Assembly (NCBI GenBank): GCA_027604505.1
Contig: JADIIX010000063.1
Coordinates: forward strand, 1-64,000
DNA length: 64,000 nucleotides
DNA from: Gonapodya sp. JEL0774
Lineage: Eukaryota
Direction of reading: 5' to 3'
Shown here: piece after piece, positions 1-12,850 of the stretch
Layout of the letters: the number at the start of each line of letters is the position of its first letter
How positions within the stretch are numbered: position 1 is the first letter of the stretch
Program-made: the position numbers and the translations under genes
The notes under the pieces: model-generated
Told to the model about the DNA's origin: nothing
The model's database searches: none
What the model saw: only the letters and a program-made list of their open reading frames with translations

Positions 1-577
1 ACACTGTACTAGAGTTCAGACATACATACATTGAGTTTCGGGACAGAAACCCACCGGTTCCGCCGCGAACCACCACAACAGGACGGGACCACAGGCACAC
101 TACTCCTTGCCCCCAGTCTCCCTGTCCACTGCAACTCTCCTCTCGTAAACTCAATCATCCAACTTTCAGACTTGCTCTCCTGGCAGGAAGCAACCGCAGC
201 TCAACTCATCCACACAGCCATCGAACACCCATCCAAGGTTTGATTTTGATACTATGCTCAACGCTAAGATGGTCATGTTTAAGTCTAATCATGGTGAGTG
301 GTGGGAAGGAAAATACAAAGACAAGAGATTCCGTTTAATTAGCATGAACCATTTGGGTTCTGGAATCTGCGTTGTGAGCCGTTTTGGTTGCAACTGCGGC
401 TTGAGAATCTGAGATCCTAAGACTTTTGAGGATTTTTATCTGATAGGTCATATGTCCAACCATTCTGGTCAAGCCCTAGTGCTCACCTGATGTCTCATTA
501 TGTGTCTTAGATGCTAGTATAGCTTTGCTCACTTTAAGGTACAATGTACTTCTTTGCTCCACCCAAATCTGGTTCAT

Positions 578-1030
578 TCACGGTGCACTGGCCCAATGGT
601 CTGTTAACCATCCGCTTTCAGCATCATCCAGCTTGCCTGGTTCCACTGTTCTTTCTAAGAATCCGTAAAGGTACATCAACGCCATATCAAACACAAAGTC
701 AGGATCTTCATCTCGAAGGAATTTGGACTTCACATCCTCAGCAATGTCCCCCACCATTGCATACTTTGCTCCGTGTCTCCTCATACGAGCTCGTTGGTCA
801 GCAGACTTGAGTTTGCTGCTGACAAGTATCCTAGCACATTTTCGTTTAATCCGACAGGTCCAAGCTTTGTGTCATACAGAATAGATGTGTTTTCGTGGAG
901 CGTTTGGATTCTCGTCCCGAGATTTCATAAAAGAGCGCGGCGTCGGCAAAGAGATCCAGTCCACGCAAATTTGATCGTCATTTTCGTTTTGTTTGCCATC
1001 AGCTGACCAAAATATTCGAGGGATACAACA
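578..1030 (-). other. Possible coding fragment or degenerate element, unidentified
   Basis: Protein-like stretches (QICVDWISLPTPRSFMKSRDENPNAPRKHIYS; KYAMVGDIAEDVKSKFLRDEDPDFVFDMALMYLYGFLE) can be joined by a GT-AG intron. No family recognised. Confidence 0.2.
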
Positions 1031-1626
1031 GAGATGAAGACCATATAAGTTGCACCAACATCAAGGAATGTGACAAATCGGAAGACAACGAGGAGAAGTC
1101 GCGGCTGAAAACTCACCTTTAGCTTAATTTAAGTGATCGGAGTGCGGCCCTCCAGAAATACTGAGATTGAAGATGTCGGAGCGAACAGCTTACTGCAGGG
1201 ACCTGAGACTACCTATCATGTGTTCAAATCAAATATCATACTGTTGTTGAGCTGCTCATTCTTACAGTGATACATTGCATTTGGCTCCATGATTGCCGCC
1301 TGTCTTTTGTGGATCGTCACAGGCACGGCTGTGGCCCGGCCCCCACTCGATAACAAAAACGAATGTACAATATTTCGTTCACACATTCGTATGATATCTC
1401 ATTCTGGTGTAAGTTTGAGAAGTAGCAAGACGTCTCTTCTTCAAGCTTCCAATTGAATTGTATTTTGATGCGATCATCAGCATCTGTTATCCTTTGACGG
1501 CACCCTCTTCCGGTAGCCGATCATCACGCGGGCCGATGTAATATCTTCGAGCTCAAGGTGTTTACTCATAGCTCGTCCGGGCAGACGTGTCCGTTGTAGA
1601 GTCCCAAATCCCACCCGCCAGCGATT

Positions 1627-4434
1627 ATGTCGTCGGAGAAAGTTATCAACGCAGGTGAAGCTCTTGGCAAGGATTGTTGTGGATCCTCTCCCTGGATGGA
1701 TCAGAATGCCGGCGACAGGAGAAGGCGTGCTAACATGATGGTTTTTCATTTGCAGATGAGGTTGCCCTCGCTAAATTGGGATACCGTGAGTCCTGATGAT
1801 ATGCGGTTCTAATGGAAAGGGACGCATCATTTAAAGTCCCGTACGTAAGACAGGCCAGGAGCTGAATAGGAGCTGGGGCTTCTTGTGAGCATTGATAGTA
1901 ATTTGTTTTTCGTGTTGTCTGACTCATCGAAGTATTCTGCGTGCTTTCCTCAGTTTGAACATGGGAACGTCTCTCGGATTCATTGGATATGTTTCGAGCG
2001 TGGCTACATTATACACTTTCGCTCTAACCACCGGAGGTCCTCAAGTAATGCTCATCGGCTGGGTGCGTACAACTGTTGAATTGAATCGAATCGTGTCAGG
2101 TGGATGTGCTAACCAGTTTCCTGGGTAATCGGCCTGTTCAAACGCCTGTGTTCAGCCAATCGTCGCTGTGTTCTCACTCAGCACCGCATTATCCATGGCC
2201 GAAATTTGTAGTACATACCCTGTAAGTGAGCTGATCTACCTTTATGATCTGACTTTCACTGAGCTCAGCGCATATCACTCGTAGACCGCCGGTGGCTTGT
2301 ACTACTGGAGTGCAAAGCTGTCTCCGCCTGAATGGGGACCGTGGATGGCATGGCTCACCGGCTGGTATGTGAAATCTTAAGAACAAAAAGTAAGGCGTCC
2401 CCAATCCTCTCCCAATTTGGCATAGGTACAACATCTGTGGAATGCTCGTGGGTGGTGCATCCACAGTGAGTAGCTGCTACCATCTTCTTTTCTGGGAATC
2501 CCTCGCTAACTGATAAATGCTGGTTTAGGCACTCATCGTGGCATCATTAGTCTCGTCGTGCATCCAAATCAATGACCCCGACTTTGTGCCAAGCTTGGGA
2601 TTTACCTATGGTGTCGGCGTGGCCTACACTATATTTGGTGGCATAATCGTGAGTGAAAGAATCTAAATTGCTCTCAGGATAGGTTTTGTCTGAACCGCGA
2701 TTATGATGTAGAACTCTTTAGGTGAAAAATTCCTGAGATACGCTACGTACTTAGCATTGTTGGGCAGTGAGTTGTTCAATATAATTGCGAACGTGCCCCA
2801 ACTCGAACTCATGCCTTTTCTTCTTCAGTCGGATCCGGTGTCTTCGTGGTCGGCATTCCACTTCTTGCATTGTCACCCACCAAAGCCACTGCTTCCGCTA
2901 CATGTACGTTTTCGAATTGCGATATGCGACCTAAGCTTGCATCCCATCTCATCTGTTTATGGACTCTTTGCAGTCGGTAACTTTGTGAATATGACTGGAT
3001 GGGAAAACGATTCGCTCGTATGGAACTTGGGATTGCTCATGCCGATTTGGGTCTTTTGGGGTAAGTGCTCTCTGAACTCTTGTAGTCTCCAAGTCACTAA
3101 GCGGTGAATGTCGATCTCAGGTTATGATGCATCCGCGCACATCAGTGAAGAGACTCTCGACTCTGCAACAACACCCAGCCGGTCCATTGTTTTTTCGCTG
3201 GCAGCCTCGCAAATTCTAGGGTATGCTTTCATTTTGATCTTGAACTTTTCGGTGACGGACACGACTGCCATCTTGGAGTGCCAGTACGCTCAACCACTGG
3301 TCTGTGCTTTTGAACAAGTGAGTCTCGTACGAACCCTCAGTAAGTTGTTTCCATTTACATAATAACTTGTACTGCTATGATCAAAGGGTACCGGTGGCAA
3401 CAAGAATGTTACTTTGTTTCTGTACGTATGTCTCGCAACAGTCGTGTTGTTTCCAGATTTGTCACTCCCGAAGTGACGCTTCCTTCTAGTTCTGTGTGGA
3501 TGATTTTGCAATTTATTTGGAACATTCAAACTGCGCTAAATGGAGGATCTAGGGCAATGTGTGAGTTTCGATAGGTAGTTCGATCGCTTTCGCTTCATCT
3601 CTCACCTTTGTGCAACAGACGCTTGGGCACGTGATGGCGCCATTCCGAAGTTTTTCCACTGGGTGCACCCGAAGACGAAGCAGCCTCTCCGCACTATCTG
3701 GTGCTTCACTGTCATCGGATGTCTCCTTTTGCTCGCAAACTTCGGTTCGTCCGTGGCAGTTAGTGCGTTCAGCGCCTTCTCCACTGTGGGTTGGATTTGC
3801 TCTTGACTTCAAGCTCCTCTCGACTCACTCCTCTCTGATTTCTAGATCGGAATGAATATTGCATACGGCATCCCTACTATGTGCAAGCTCGTATGGGCTC
3901 GCGACACATTCAAGCAAAGCTCATTTAGTAAGTTCTAAGTTCTGTATTGGTGCGTTTTGGAGAACCGAGCAGCGTGATTACTGACCTCTGCATTGTGCCA
4001 ACAATAGACCTCGGCAAATTCTCCATCCCTATCAACATTGTTGCTGTTCTGTGGATGTTCTACGTCGTGATCATGCTTTGTCTACCTCAAGTAAGCTCAT
4101 TAACAGAATGCAATGATTCCGGAAGATTCTGACTGGTCCATTTTCTGTCCATGCAGATCGTTCCAGTCACTGGATCAACACTCAACTACACTCCTATTAT
4201 GCTTGGGGGTATCACAATCATTATCACCGTGTATTGGTTGTAAGTTTCACTCGTGATTAATCATTTTTTTAGAATTCACTGACGGTATGATTCGTAACCG
4301 TAACCAGCGCTGGTGCTAAGAACTGGTTCACCGGGCCCAAAATTCACATAACTCTCGAAGAAATCGCGCAAATGGAGAAGGACGCTTTGGAAGACTCAAA
4401 GGATCCGGCGCAAGTTTTGGGAGCGACAGTATGA
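1627..4434 (+). CDS. APC-family amino acid permease (GABA/choline/polyamine transporter type), many short exons
   Basis: Spliced motifs DEVALAKLGY, QELNRSWGF, TGGPQVMLIGW, AEICSTYP, GGLYYWSAKL, WMAWLTGW, GYDASAHISEET, LGKFSIPINIVAVLW, NYTPIM, KNWFTGPK. Stop TGA at 4432-4434. Confidence 0.92.
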
Positions 4435-4608
4435 AGGTTCCAACATGGCTCAATCATATTTTGCTATGCCTCTTTGTAATTTTACTACTAAATATTTTGT
4501 GTGGACCGGATTTGGGCTCCCTAGTTCCTGGGCGCTTGAATGATTCACCCGCTCCGATTCAACATCAACAGCGAGCATCGTTCACCTTGCTCAGCCAAGA
4601 ACTGTAGA

Positions 4609-6619
4609 ATGCCTCCGCAAACCCAAGTGGTTTTCCTCTCTGCGTCCACCCCAGAACCCAAGTCCGCCGCTCTCCGCCTCATAGTGGGGGAAAAATTACA
4701 AATCAAGTCATATAGCCATCTAGCTGTCCTGGGCGTCAGCGGGGATTTCTTGGCTCCAATCAAAGATGATACCGTCGATACACTTACGACTTTTGTAGGA
4801 AATGGACCGGGGAAGCAGGTAAGTGAATGAAAACATGCAAAGTTGTATGTTCCGCATCTTACTCACTTCGCTCCGACCTGGTCGTACGGTTGGTCCCTTT
4901 GGTCGAAGATCACATTCAGTTGTTTCAAGAATGACCGAAATCGAAATGCGCCCATCATACGCGCTGACATTCTCTACGAGACCGTCACCAAGATTGTTCA
5001 GAGTGTGACAGGATCCATCCATATCACTGTTCTGGTTGAAAACGAGGCGCAGGCGTTTTCCGCTGGCACGGCTGTTGCTCGAGCCTTCCCTATTTACTCG
5101 AAGAAGACCAAAGGGGTCTCCAACGACATCAGAACAGTGTGGATTGACCTCCTTGTTAAAGGATCTCAAATGGTGGGATCGGAGGAGGTGCAAAAGATCC
5201 AGATTGTCGCAGATGCGGTACGAAATGCCGCACGGTGAGTGATTCTCCCGCTCGAAAATGTGTCACCAAGACAGTCCGGGAGACACTTGTTCTCACATCT
5301 TGTACTGCTCAACTCAGTCTCGTCGACACGCCCCCTTCGGAGCTCCACACGGACGCATATTTATCAGAAATTCAAACGATTGCCACTAATCTCGCCTCCA
5401 ACGGTGTCACAATTAAGGTTATCCGCGGCGACGAACTCGTCGCTGGCGGGTTCGGTGGCATTTTTAATGTGGGCCGTGGCGCTGACCGCCCACCATTCCT
5501 TGCCATATTATCCTTCGCACCGAAGGGTGCGAAAAGCAGTCTGGCGTTTGTTGGGAAGGGTATAATATTCGATACAGGTGGTATAAACCTGAAGGGCAGG
5601 GAGCATATTCTGGGTATGAAAATTGATATGGGCGGGTCTGCTGCTTGCTTAATGGCGTTTGAGGCGCTCGTGAAGATGGGTTATAAAGAGACCTTGCATT
5701 GCGTAATGTGCGTTGCAGGTTAGTGAATTGCGAATGTGGGTTCTCGAGTATGTCATTTGTTGCACACTGAACCCAAAACGCACCATATATCTCCTCATTC
5801 CCCATTCTAACTCGGCTGCCCCCTCCTCTCTGCCACCAGAGAACGCCATTGGTGCCCACTCGTACCTTCCCGACGCAATTCTCACCCTCCATTCGGGTCT
5901 CACGGTGGAAATCAACAACACCGACGCCGAAGGCCGTCTCGTCCTCGCGGATGGCGTCTCGTACGCGTCGCGGGTTTTGAACCCCGATTATATGTTTGAT
6001 ATGGCTACCCTCACTGGTGCACAGAGTTACGCGACAGGGAACAAACACGGAGGAGTTTTGGCCCCGAAGGAGGATGTGGAGAAATTGGTGGTAGAGGCCG
6101 GGAAGAGGGCGGGTGAGGCGGCGTGGCCGTTGCTGTATGCACCAGAGTGTGAGTTTTATCGTGTGCAGGAGGAACGGGAATGTGGGTCGTGGTGTCGGTG
6201 ATTACGGCAAGGATAGGTTTGCTTTTGTCTTGTCCATATCTGCCGATTTCACTTACGAGTCGATCGTGGACACACCCACCCTCCATCCACCCCCACCACC
6301 CTGAACACCCCCGCGCCCGACAAACAACCTAATGAATCGGTGTCTCTCAGATGTTGGTGTTGCTCTCCAATTCTCCTCCACGGTAGCTGACATGAAGAAC
6401 TCGGTCAAAGACCGCTCGAACCTGGCCTCCTCTGCCGCGGGACATTTCATCGAAGAGCACATCGATCCGACGTGGCGAGAGCAGGGTAACTGGGCACACA
6501 TTGATATGGCCGCGCCCGTGACAGTGACTGGCGGGTGCTCCGATAGAGCTAGCGGGTGGGGGGTGGGGTTATTGGTTGAGGTTGCGAAAACAGTTAGCAA
6601 GAAGGTGAGGGGGGAGTGA
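4609..6619 (+). CDS. M17 leucyl aminopeptidase (NPEPL1-like)
   Basis: VGKGIIFDTGG, MKIDMGGSAA, EINNTDAEGRLVLADG, DMATLTGAQ, SSTVADMKNSVKDRSN, WAHIDMA. At least 4 introns. Confidence 0.93.
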
Positions 6620-6879
6620 GTGTGTATGATGGTTGTCGCTGTGGTTCAAGAGGGAATGATGTGTGCTTGCGGGGTCCTTACACGTCTTTAATCCGACGGT
6701 GTGTGGCTTCATCTTAGGCTTGAGATGTCTACCATGCAGTGTGTATTGAAACGATTAATAAACGTGAATTGTCTGTTCATGCAAAATTCCAGATAACGAG
6801 AAAGATTGTACATCAAATCCTTGTGCAAAACCCTCCCCCCGGCCACTGCGACGTCTCTATCGTCGACGTCCACCCCGCA

Positions 6880-7920
6880 TCATTCAACCCATCTATGTTG
6901 ACACTCCTTGTTCGCACAGGCAAAGTACAGACGCATGTTGGTGTCGGAGGCACGGGCACGAGACTGGAAGTAGACAGCTGGAAGGGAAGCAGGAGTAAGG
7001 AGAGAGGAAGGAGAGAGCGATAGAGGGGAGGGAAGGGGAGGAGGGGTGCCGAAAGAGAACGTGTATGCGAAGCGGGAGATAGTCGGATCGAAGGTCGGAT
7101 CGAATGCATGAGAGGTGTCAAGGGAACCAACGAGACGGAGAGAAAAGGTAAAACAATATGAGAAGATGCCAATACTCAACATACCCATAATGGAGAGGGT
7201 GAGTTCGATGTCGCACCACCAACTGCGGCCCCCCTTCCCCCCTCTGCGACTCCCCCTCTCCAGCAACCCAACCAAAAAATGTCCCACCCGTTGTACGTCT
7301 CATTGTCACATACCTTCCCTGTTTCCGCACTTTGCACATTCCTTCTCAGTGCGGGGCAAGGTCGGGTCGGTCCCGAGATCCATGATAACCATTGTTTGTT
7401 CCACTGGAGTTATCTGGACTTCATGTCGGAATACACGGTGATCTTCAGGGCGATTTGGGTCGGCTCCCTGGTGAGACGAGGGTGGAGGGGAGAGGGTGAA
7501 CACACTTGAACAGAATCTGCGAACTGACGGAATGGAAACCGGGTCGGGTACTCGCCTCCTCGCGCTGACAATTCCGGCATACGAATAAGAGGCGTCTGTT
7601 TTCTTTGTCTTCTTTTGGGTACAGGAGGTTGTTGCTTTCGTTCGGGTGGGGAAAGGAAGGGTGATTGATATTGACACAAGCCGTCATAACGGAACGGTCG
7701 TCAGTGAAAGAAATTCCAACACCAACAGATGAAATGATGAGTAGTGATTGATTCGCTAACTTCAGTCAACATGATCATTCCAGCAACGTAACTGAGCTGA
7801 CGAGGACGTTCTTCAAATCGAACAGAATTACGAAAGAGCACGCTCGCTCGGACGGCAGAAACACAGAGTAGAGAAACAAGCAGACACACACCATCCGGAA
7901 CAGAAACGGAAAGAGGCCAT
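6880..7920 (-). CDS. RPB9: RNA polymerase II subunit RPB9
   Basis: Spliced [32 protein letters not shown] ... [52 protein letters not shown], giving two Zn ribbons. Confidence 0.95.
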
Positions 7921-8314
7921 TGGGTCCGTTGAGTGTGGATGTCAAGGAATATATTTCGCAAGTTCGCTTGATGTTGAGTTGTGCAGATGATAGTTTGTAT
8001 GATGTTGTTCATACCCGCCTGTCCAAACTGGTGTGTCATTTGCCAGGTCCAAACTTGCAGGCAGTGGCTTTTTGTGTATATACTATATACTTGCTCATAG
8101 CAAATTGGTAGAAGAGAGGGGGAACCGCAAGGTATCATTACAACTAAAGCTTCTTTTGCTCCATCAATAAGACCCAAAACGGCACTCAATCACTGAGGTT
8201 GAAAAAAGGACAACAGAGGAGGTTGTTGATGAGTCACCGAATGGGCCTTGCTGAAAAAAAAGATAGTTCTTCACATCCCCCTCTGACACAAACCACTCGC
8301 AAAGATTCAACCCA

Positions 8315-10464
8315 ATGTCGACCATCATTATCGCCACCGACTTCACTGAAGCATCCCAACACGCTCTGGTACGTTAATCATGCAGCTCCCAGCATTTCAG
8401 GCCTTCCCTTCCCCACCCTCGCCGAAATCGTCGCTGTGTCTCGGAAGCTTACCCACTCCTCTTCCGACCGACTTTTTCATCACTGCACAATAATCACGGC
8501 CCGCTACAGGAATGGTCAGCTCAAAGACTCTTAAAGTCGGGTGATAAGTGAGTTATCCTTTCTCCTGCCCCCGGAGGATGGGTTGGTCAATCCGGAAGAT
8601 CAACCGACATTTCTTATCATGAATCAACTCACACGCGCATACTCCTTGTACCCCTCGCTCGAATCGGAAATGATTTTTTCGTTCATAGGGTCGTGTTGCT
8701 GCACACCATCTTACCCGCGGCACCCAACTATGATGTCGATACCACCGGTAGGTTTTCTGTGGCGCTGACACGGTCGGCAGATGAAGGGTCATCCTCATCG
8801 CAAAGACTAAATCACAATTGATGTCGTGGCTGAAAGTGCCTTGCCTTTGACCGTCGTTGGATTATAATGAGCCACATGTTTCGGTGATTGTAACCGATAA
8901 AGTGTATGTCTCGCAATGGTCGAGTCTGGTCCTTTGGATTCCAAGCAGGATTCCCTTCCATCCGCAGATCTAATTATTTTGAAATCGAATCTGATTTACT
9001 TATGCTACCTGGGGGGCGCCCCAAAGACCGCTCGCAACGCCTCCTCTTTCCATCCCATCCTTTCACGAATACACCGGGATAATCAAAACGAACCACCAAA
9101 CTCTCGGATGCTCTCTGTATAGGTGTCTATATCGATGACCAAGAACTCCGCGCGAAGCAAGTCGCCGGTGTGGAACAAGAGTCGGAAGAGTTCCTCAAAA
9201 AGGTCAAGGAATCCGTGTTCGGAGAGGGCAAGGGGGTGAGTATCATCACAGTTTGTGGGTTTGTCTGCTTTAAGGGGGTGGCGAGGGTGTGCTGGCGTGT
9301 TCGAACGCACCATTCCCAACTTTAGTTGCTAGTACACGGTCTTTNNNNNNNNNNNNNNNNNNNNNNNNNNNNNNNCCCCCCCGGCGGCGCGGGGGGGGCG
9401 CCCCCCCGCCCCGAAGACATCTCCGATCCCTCGTGCCGTGGTATATTGAAGCCTTAAGTTTGCTTGCTGTCGTTTGAGGGATATCTGCTCGGGAAGCACC
9501 ACCTCCCTTCGGAAGAATGTCCGAGTCCGAATACGGGCTTATGTTGACTTCGGAAATCTCCAACGATACAAGTGGAGTGTGAATTACGAAAGTGGAACTA
9601 GAATCAATTGTTCGGGAAAGTTCGATCTGCTTGGTAGATGCGGGCGATTGGGAGCCATGACAATACCCGTCGAAGGGCCGCCCGCTTCGGCTCCATGTCG
9701 CGAGCACAGAGATCCACTCAAACTAGTTCGAACTCCCGGCCTTGTGAGGGCACCTGGCGATTTCTACCATCTCATCCACATGCTCTCCCAGATCTCCGTA
9801 GAAGTCCTAACAGAAGTCGGCGACCCCGGAACGATAATCTGCGAAAAGGTATGACCTGATCTGTCCCTCTACTTTTCCGACTCCCTCACTCGTGATGTTA
9901 ATTTATTGAAAATATCCAACCCACTTTTGAATGCGGGAATGAACTCGCGCACATTACGCGTTCCATCATCCTCGCGCCGCAAACGACCGTGCTTTCTTTG
10001 TGCTGTTGACGAACGAACACTCCTCGACGTACAATTCAGGCCAAGGAACTGTCCGCCGCGCTCGTCGTTGTAGGAGTGAGTTCCCCACGTCAGCATCGGC
10101 TGTACTTTCTCCTGACACGAAACTCACCATGCACAACGTTCAGACCCACTCTAAATCTAACTGGCAAACTCTCCTTTTGGGATCCGTGTCAAACTATGTT
10201 TTGCACCATTGCGGTTCGTCTTCTCGTGCGCTGCTTTGGTATCTGCCCTTTCCAATACTCTATTCCTCTTTTCCGACTCATCTCTCTTTGCTGGTTTGCA
10301 ATCTTGCGGTATCGGTATCTTGTTGAAACCCGGCTCCATCCTTTACAGAGGTATGTGTAATTGCGCTTCACCTCTACACCTGTCATGAACATCCCACCTA
10401 ATCTCATTCTCCCACTCCCCAACCCTATTGAATGAAGACTCCCGTTGTCATGGTGAAGGTCTAA
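8315..10464 (+). CDS. Universal stress protein (UspA domain), about 8 micro-exons, spans an assembly gap
   Basis: Exons MSTIIIATDFTEASQHAL / EWSAQRLLKSGDK / VVLLHTILP / VYIDDQELRAKQV...ESEEFLKKVKE / ISVEVLTEVGDPGTIICEK / AKELSAALVVVG / THSKSNWQTLLLGSVSNYVLHHC / TPVVMVKV*. Matches the UspA consensus (GDP..I, LVVVG, LLGSVS.YV.H, PV..VK). Confidence 0.88.
9345..9375. other. Assembly gap (N run) inside a UspA intron, flanked by a poly-C/G tract
   Basis: Run of N followed by ccccccggcggcgcgggggggg. Confidence 0.97.
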
Positions 10465-10762
10465 GAAATTAACTTTTGAACCTCACAGTTCGCGGTATTG
10501 TTCCGTTACGGTATTCATACCGGCAGGGACGGCGAACCAGCCACTACCATTGCCATAGCCATTGCATTTAGTATCATGTAAAGAATAAAGAATGGTGTCC
10601 CAACAACTGCGATTGCCGAGGCAGGTTCTTGTTCAAGAGTTTCCACCGAAAGGTATGAATGTGCATGGGGCATTCGGCTGATGTTGGGTTGTCCCCCACA
10701 CCTTGCAACTCGAACGATCGATGCTCACCCGGGTACCCACCGGGTCGATTTCGATCCAGACA

Positions 10763-12678
10763 ATGGCTCCGGTCTTTCGCGCCGCCGCTCTGGCTCGTAC
10801 CCTGTCTGCCTCCGCTTCGACCTCCTCACCCACAGCCGGACTCCTCAGCATGACCTTGACGGGAAGCTCATTGCCGTCGATTGTACACGGGCAGCAGAGA
10901 GAATTTTCATTGTCGGTTGGCGCGGCGGCGGCGAAAAGTGAGTCGGGGAAAGAGCGTGGTGCACCTTTCAAATAGCTTGCTGGGTCCTTTCAAGTGGCGG
11001 CCCAATCCGATCTGGAAGTGGGACACGGCATAGCTATATGGCTACGGGAGCAATTCAATCTGTTGGAAGACGGAGGCTTGCTGGGACTCCTAACGCTGCC
11101 ACCGGGTGGTGTGTCATTGAGTGGAAATCCATGTGGCATGGTGGAAACTCGAGCGAAAGGAATCAAGAACTACATAGAACGCATGCAAACGCTTGAGGAG
11201 AAGGTTGTGTGGGTGAGATGTGTGTTTAAGGACTGCCAATCTAACGACGCATCCACTTTACTATCACCAACATCATGACTCTAGAGACCACTGCAGAACT
11301 CCGCCGAAGCGCCGAACGCCTCCAACTCCTTGACCTTTCGAAAGATACTTCATTTCAACCTCCGAAGCGTCCAACCCCAGCTTATGCTTTATTCTACAAG
11401 GAAAAGTTCGCCACCACTAAGATTTTCAAAACAGGAGCGGATAAGGATAAAGTCGATGTGGTGGCCACATCCAAAGCCTTGGCTGCCGCTTGGAAGAATT
11501 TGAGCGAGGGGGCGAAAAAGGTGGGTTTAGTGGGCAGAGTGAGGCAACGGAGGGTGTGAGAGTAGCGAACGGCAAAGCACACCGTCTGCCACTGTTGTGT
11601 CGCTTGGCTCTGTTTGTGGTCATTGCTCTGTGCATCTTTCGGGGGTGCGTGGAGATTAAAATCGCTCTGTCGCAATCTTCAAGTCCTACTATGATCGCTA
11701 TGAAGCCCTGCGAGACCAGTATGATCGAAAGCTTGACGAATTCGAAAGCAAGAAGACACCTGAAGATTATGCCAAAGAACAGGTAGGCAACATGTACTTC
11801 TTGGTGCCTCTGCGTGCCGTCCGCTATAAAAGTCGTTGCAAACGTTCCTCCAATATAACCTGGCATCAGCGCCTCTCGTACCTCCTCCGAAAGTACCGTC
11901 CTGGCCGTCGCCGTTCGAGAATTACACCCCCAACCGCGTCGCCCCCCCGTCCCCTCACAGCGTACATGCGGTGGGCAGCGGTCGTACAGGGAATGAGTGA
12001 TGCTGAACAGCGCGCGATGTTTGCCAAGTCATTTGCGGACATGCCTATCTCTGAGAGGGGCAAGACTATGGGTGCAAGGTGGAGACTCATGACGGAGGCG
12101 GAGAAGGCGGTGAGCTTGGCACATCTCAGCGTTTAGCACTGTGCAATTTGCGTTCGAAGTCTGTTAGTTTGTCATTGAACTGATTCAACTCGTCTTGATT
12201 TCGTAGACGTATCAAAAAGCGTTCGAGGTTGAACGGGACGCGTACAAGAGGGCTCGACTTGCGTTCGAGAGTAAAATGGCTCCAACCAGACAGGATCTTG
12301 TGGACGAAGTGAGCGAAGAAGTGAGGGAGAGACGGGCGAAGGTGAAAGTGGCGAAGAAGGTGAGGACTCCTTTGTCGGTTGTTGGCTCCAATGACGTTCT
12401 TGAGAATCGACCTTTGTTTGATTCCTCTTCAAAAGAAATCCAAACCCGCCAAAAAGGCAGGTGGCCGTCGTACGATCGCTACAAAGCGCCGGTCAACCGC
12501 CGCCCGAACCGCCGCCCGCAAGAAACCCGCTGCCAAGAAAGCCACTCGATCCAAAACCGTCCCGGCTGCCAAGAAAGCAACGGTCAAAGCACCGGTAAAG
12601 AAGACTGCGGTGTTGAAAGCGAAGAAGGCTCCGGCTGGTGTGAAACGGACCGTGAAGAAAGTGGTGAAGAGAATGTAG
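10763..12678 (+). CDS. Two-HMG-box protein with predicted mitochondrial presequence and Lys/Ala-rich tail (Abf2/TFAM-like)
   Basis: N-terminus MAPVFRAAALARTLSAS...QQREFSLS. Box 1 is PPKRPTPAYALFYKE..SKALAAAWKNLSEGAKK. Box 2 is PPRPLTAYMRW..RGKTMGARWRLMTEAEK. Tail KKPAAKKATRSKTVPAAKKATVKAPVKK. Confidence 0.82.
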
Positions 12679-12850
12679 GGTATTGCTGTAGCGAATTTTG
12701 TTGGATGGTGCTGGGGTAGAACTATCTCCATATTGTTGGTGGTTTGAGATGGGTGTATCATAACGTGCACTGATTCTGCCATGGGGCCGCCCACAACAGC
12801 ACTGACGTCAGATAGAGTACAGTCAAAATTTCATTCGTTTCCTCGTGCAA

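Noticed and set aside
240..800. Possible transposon remnant (appears CpG-poor)
   Set aside because: No terminal repeats and no transposase or RT motifs were seen.
9474..9854. 126-aa ORF after the gap
   Set aside because: Only its last ~19 codons are a UspA exon. The rest is intronic with no recognisable domain.
10994..11278. 94-aa ORF within the HMG gene
   Set aside because: It lies in intron 1, starts at GTG and has no recognisable motif.
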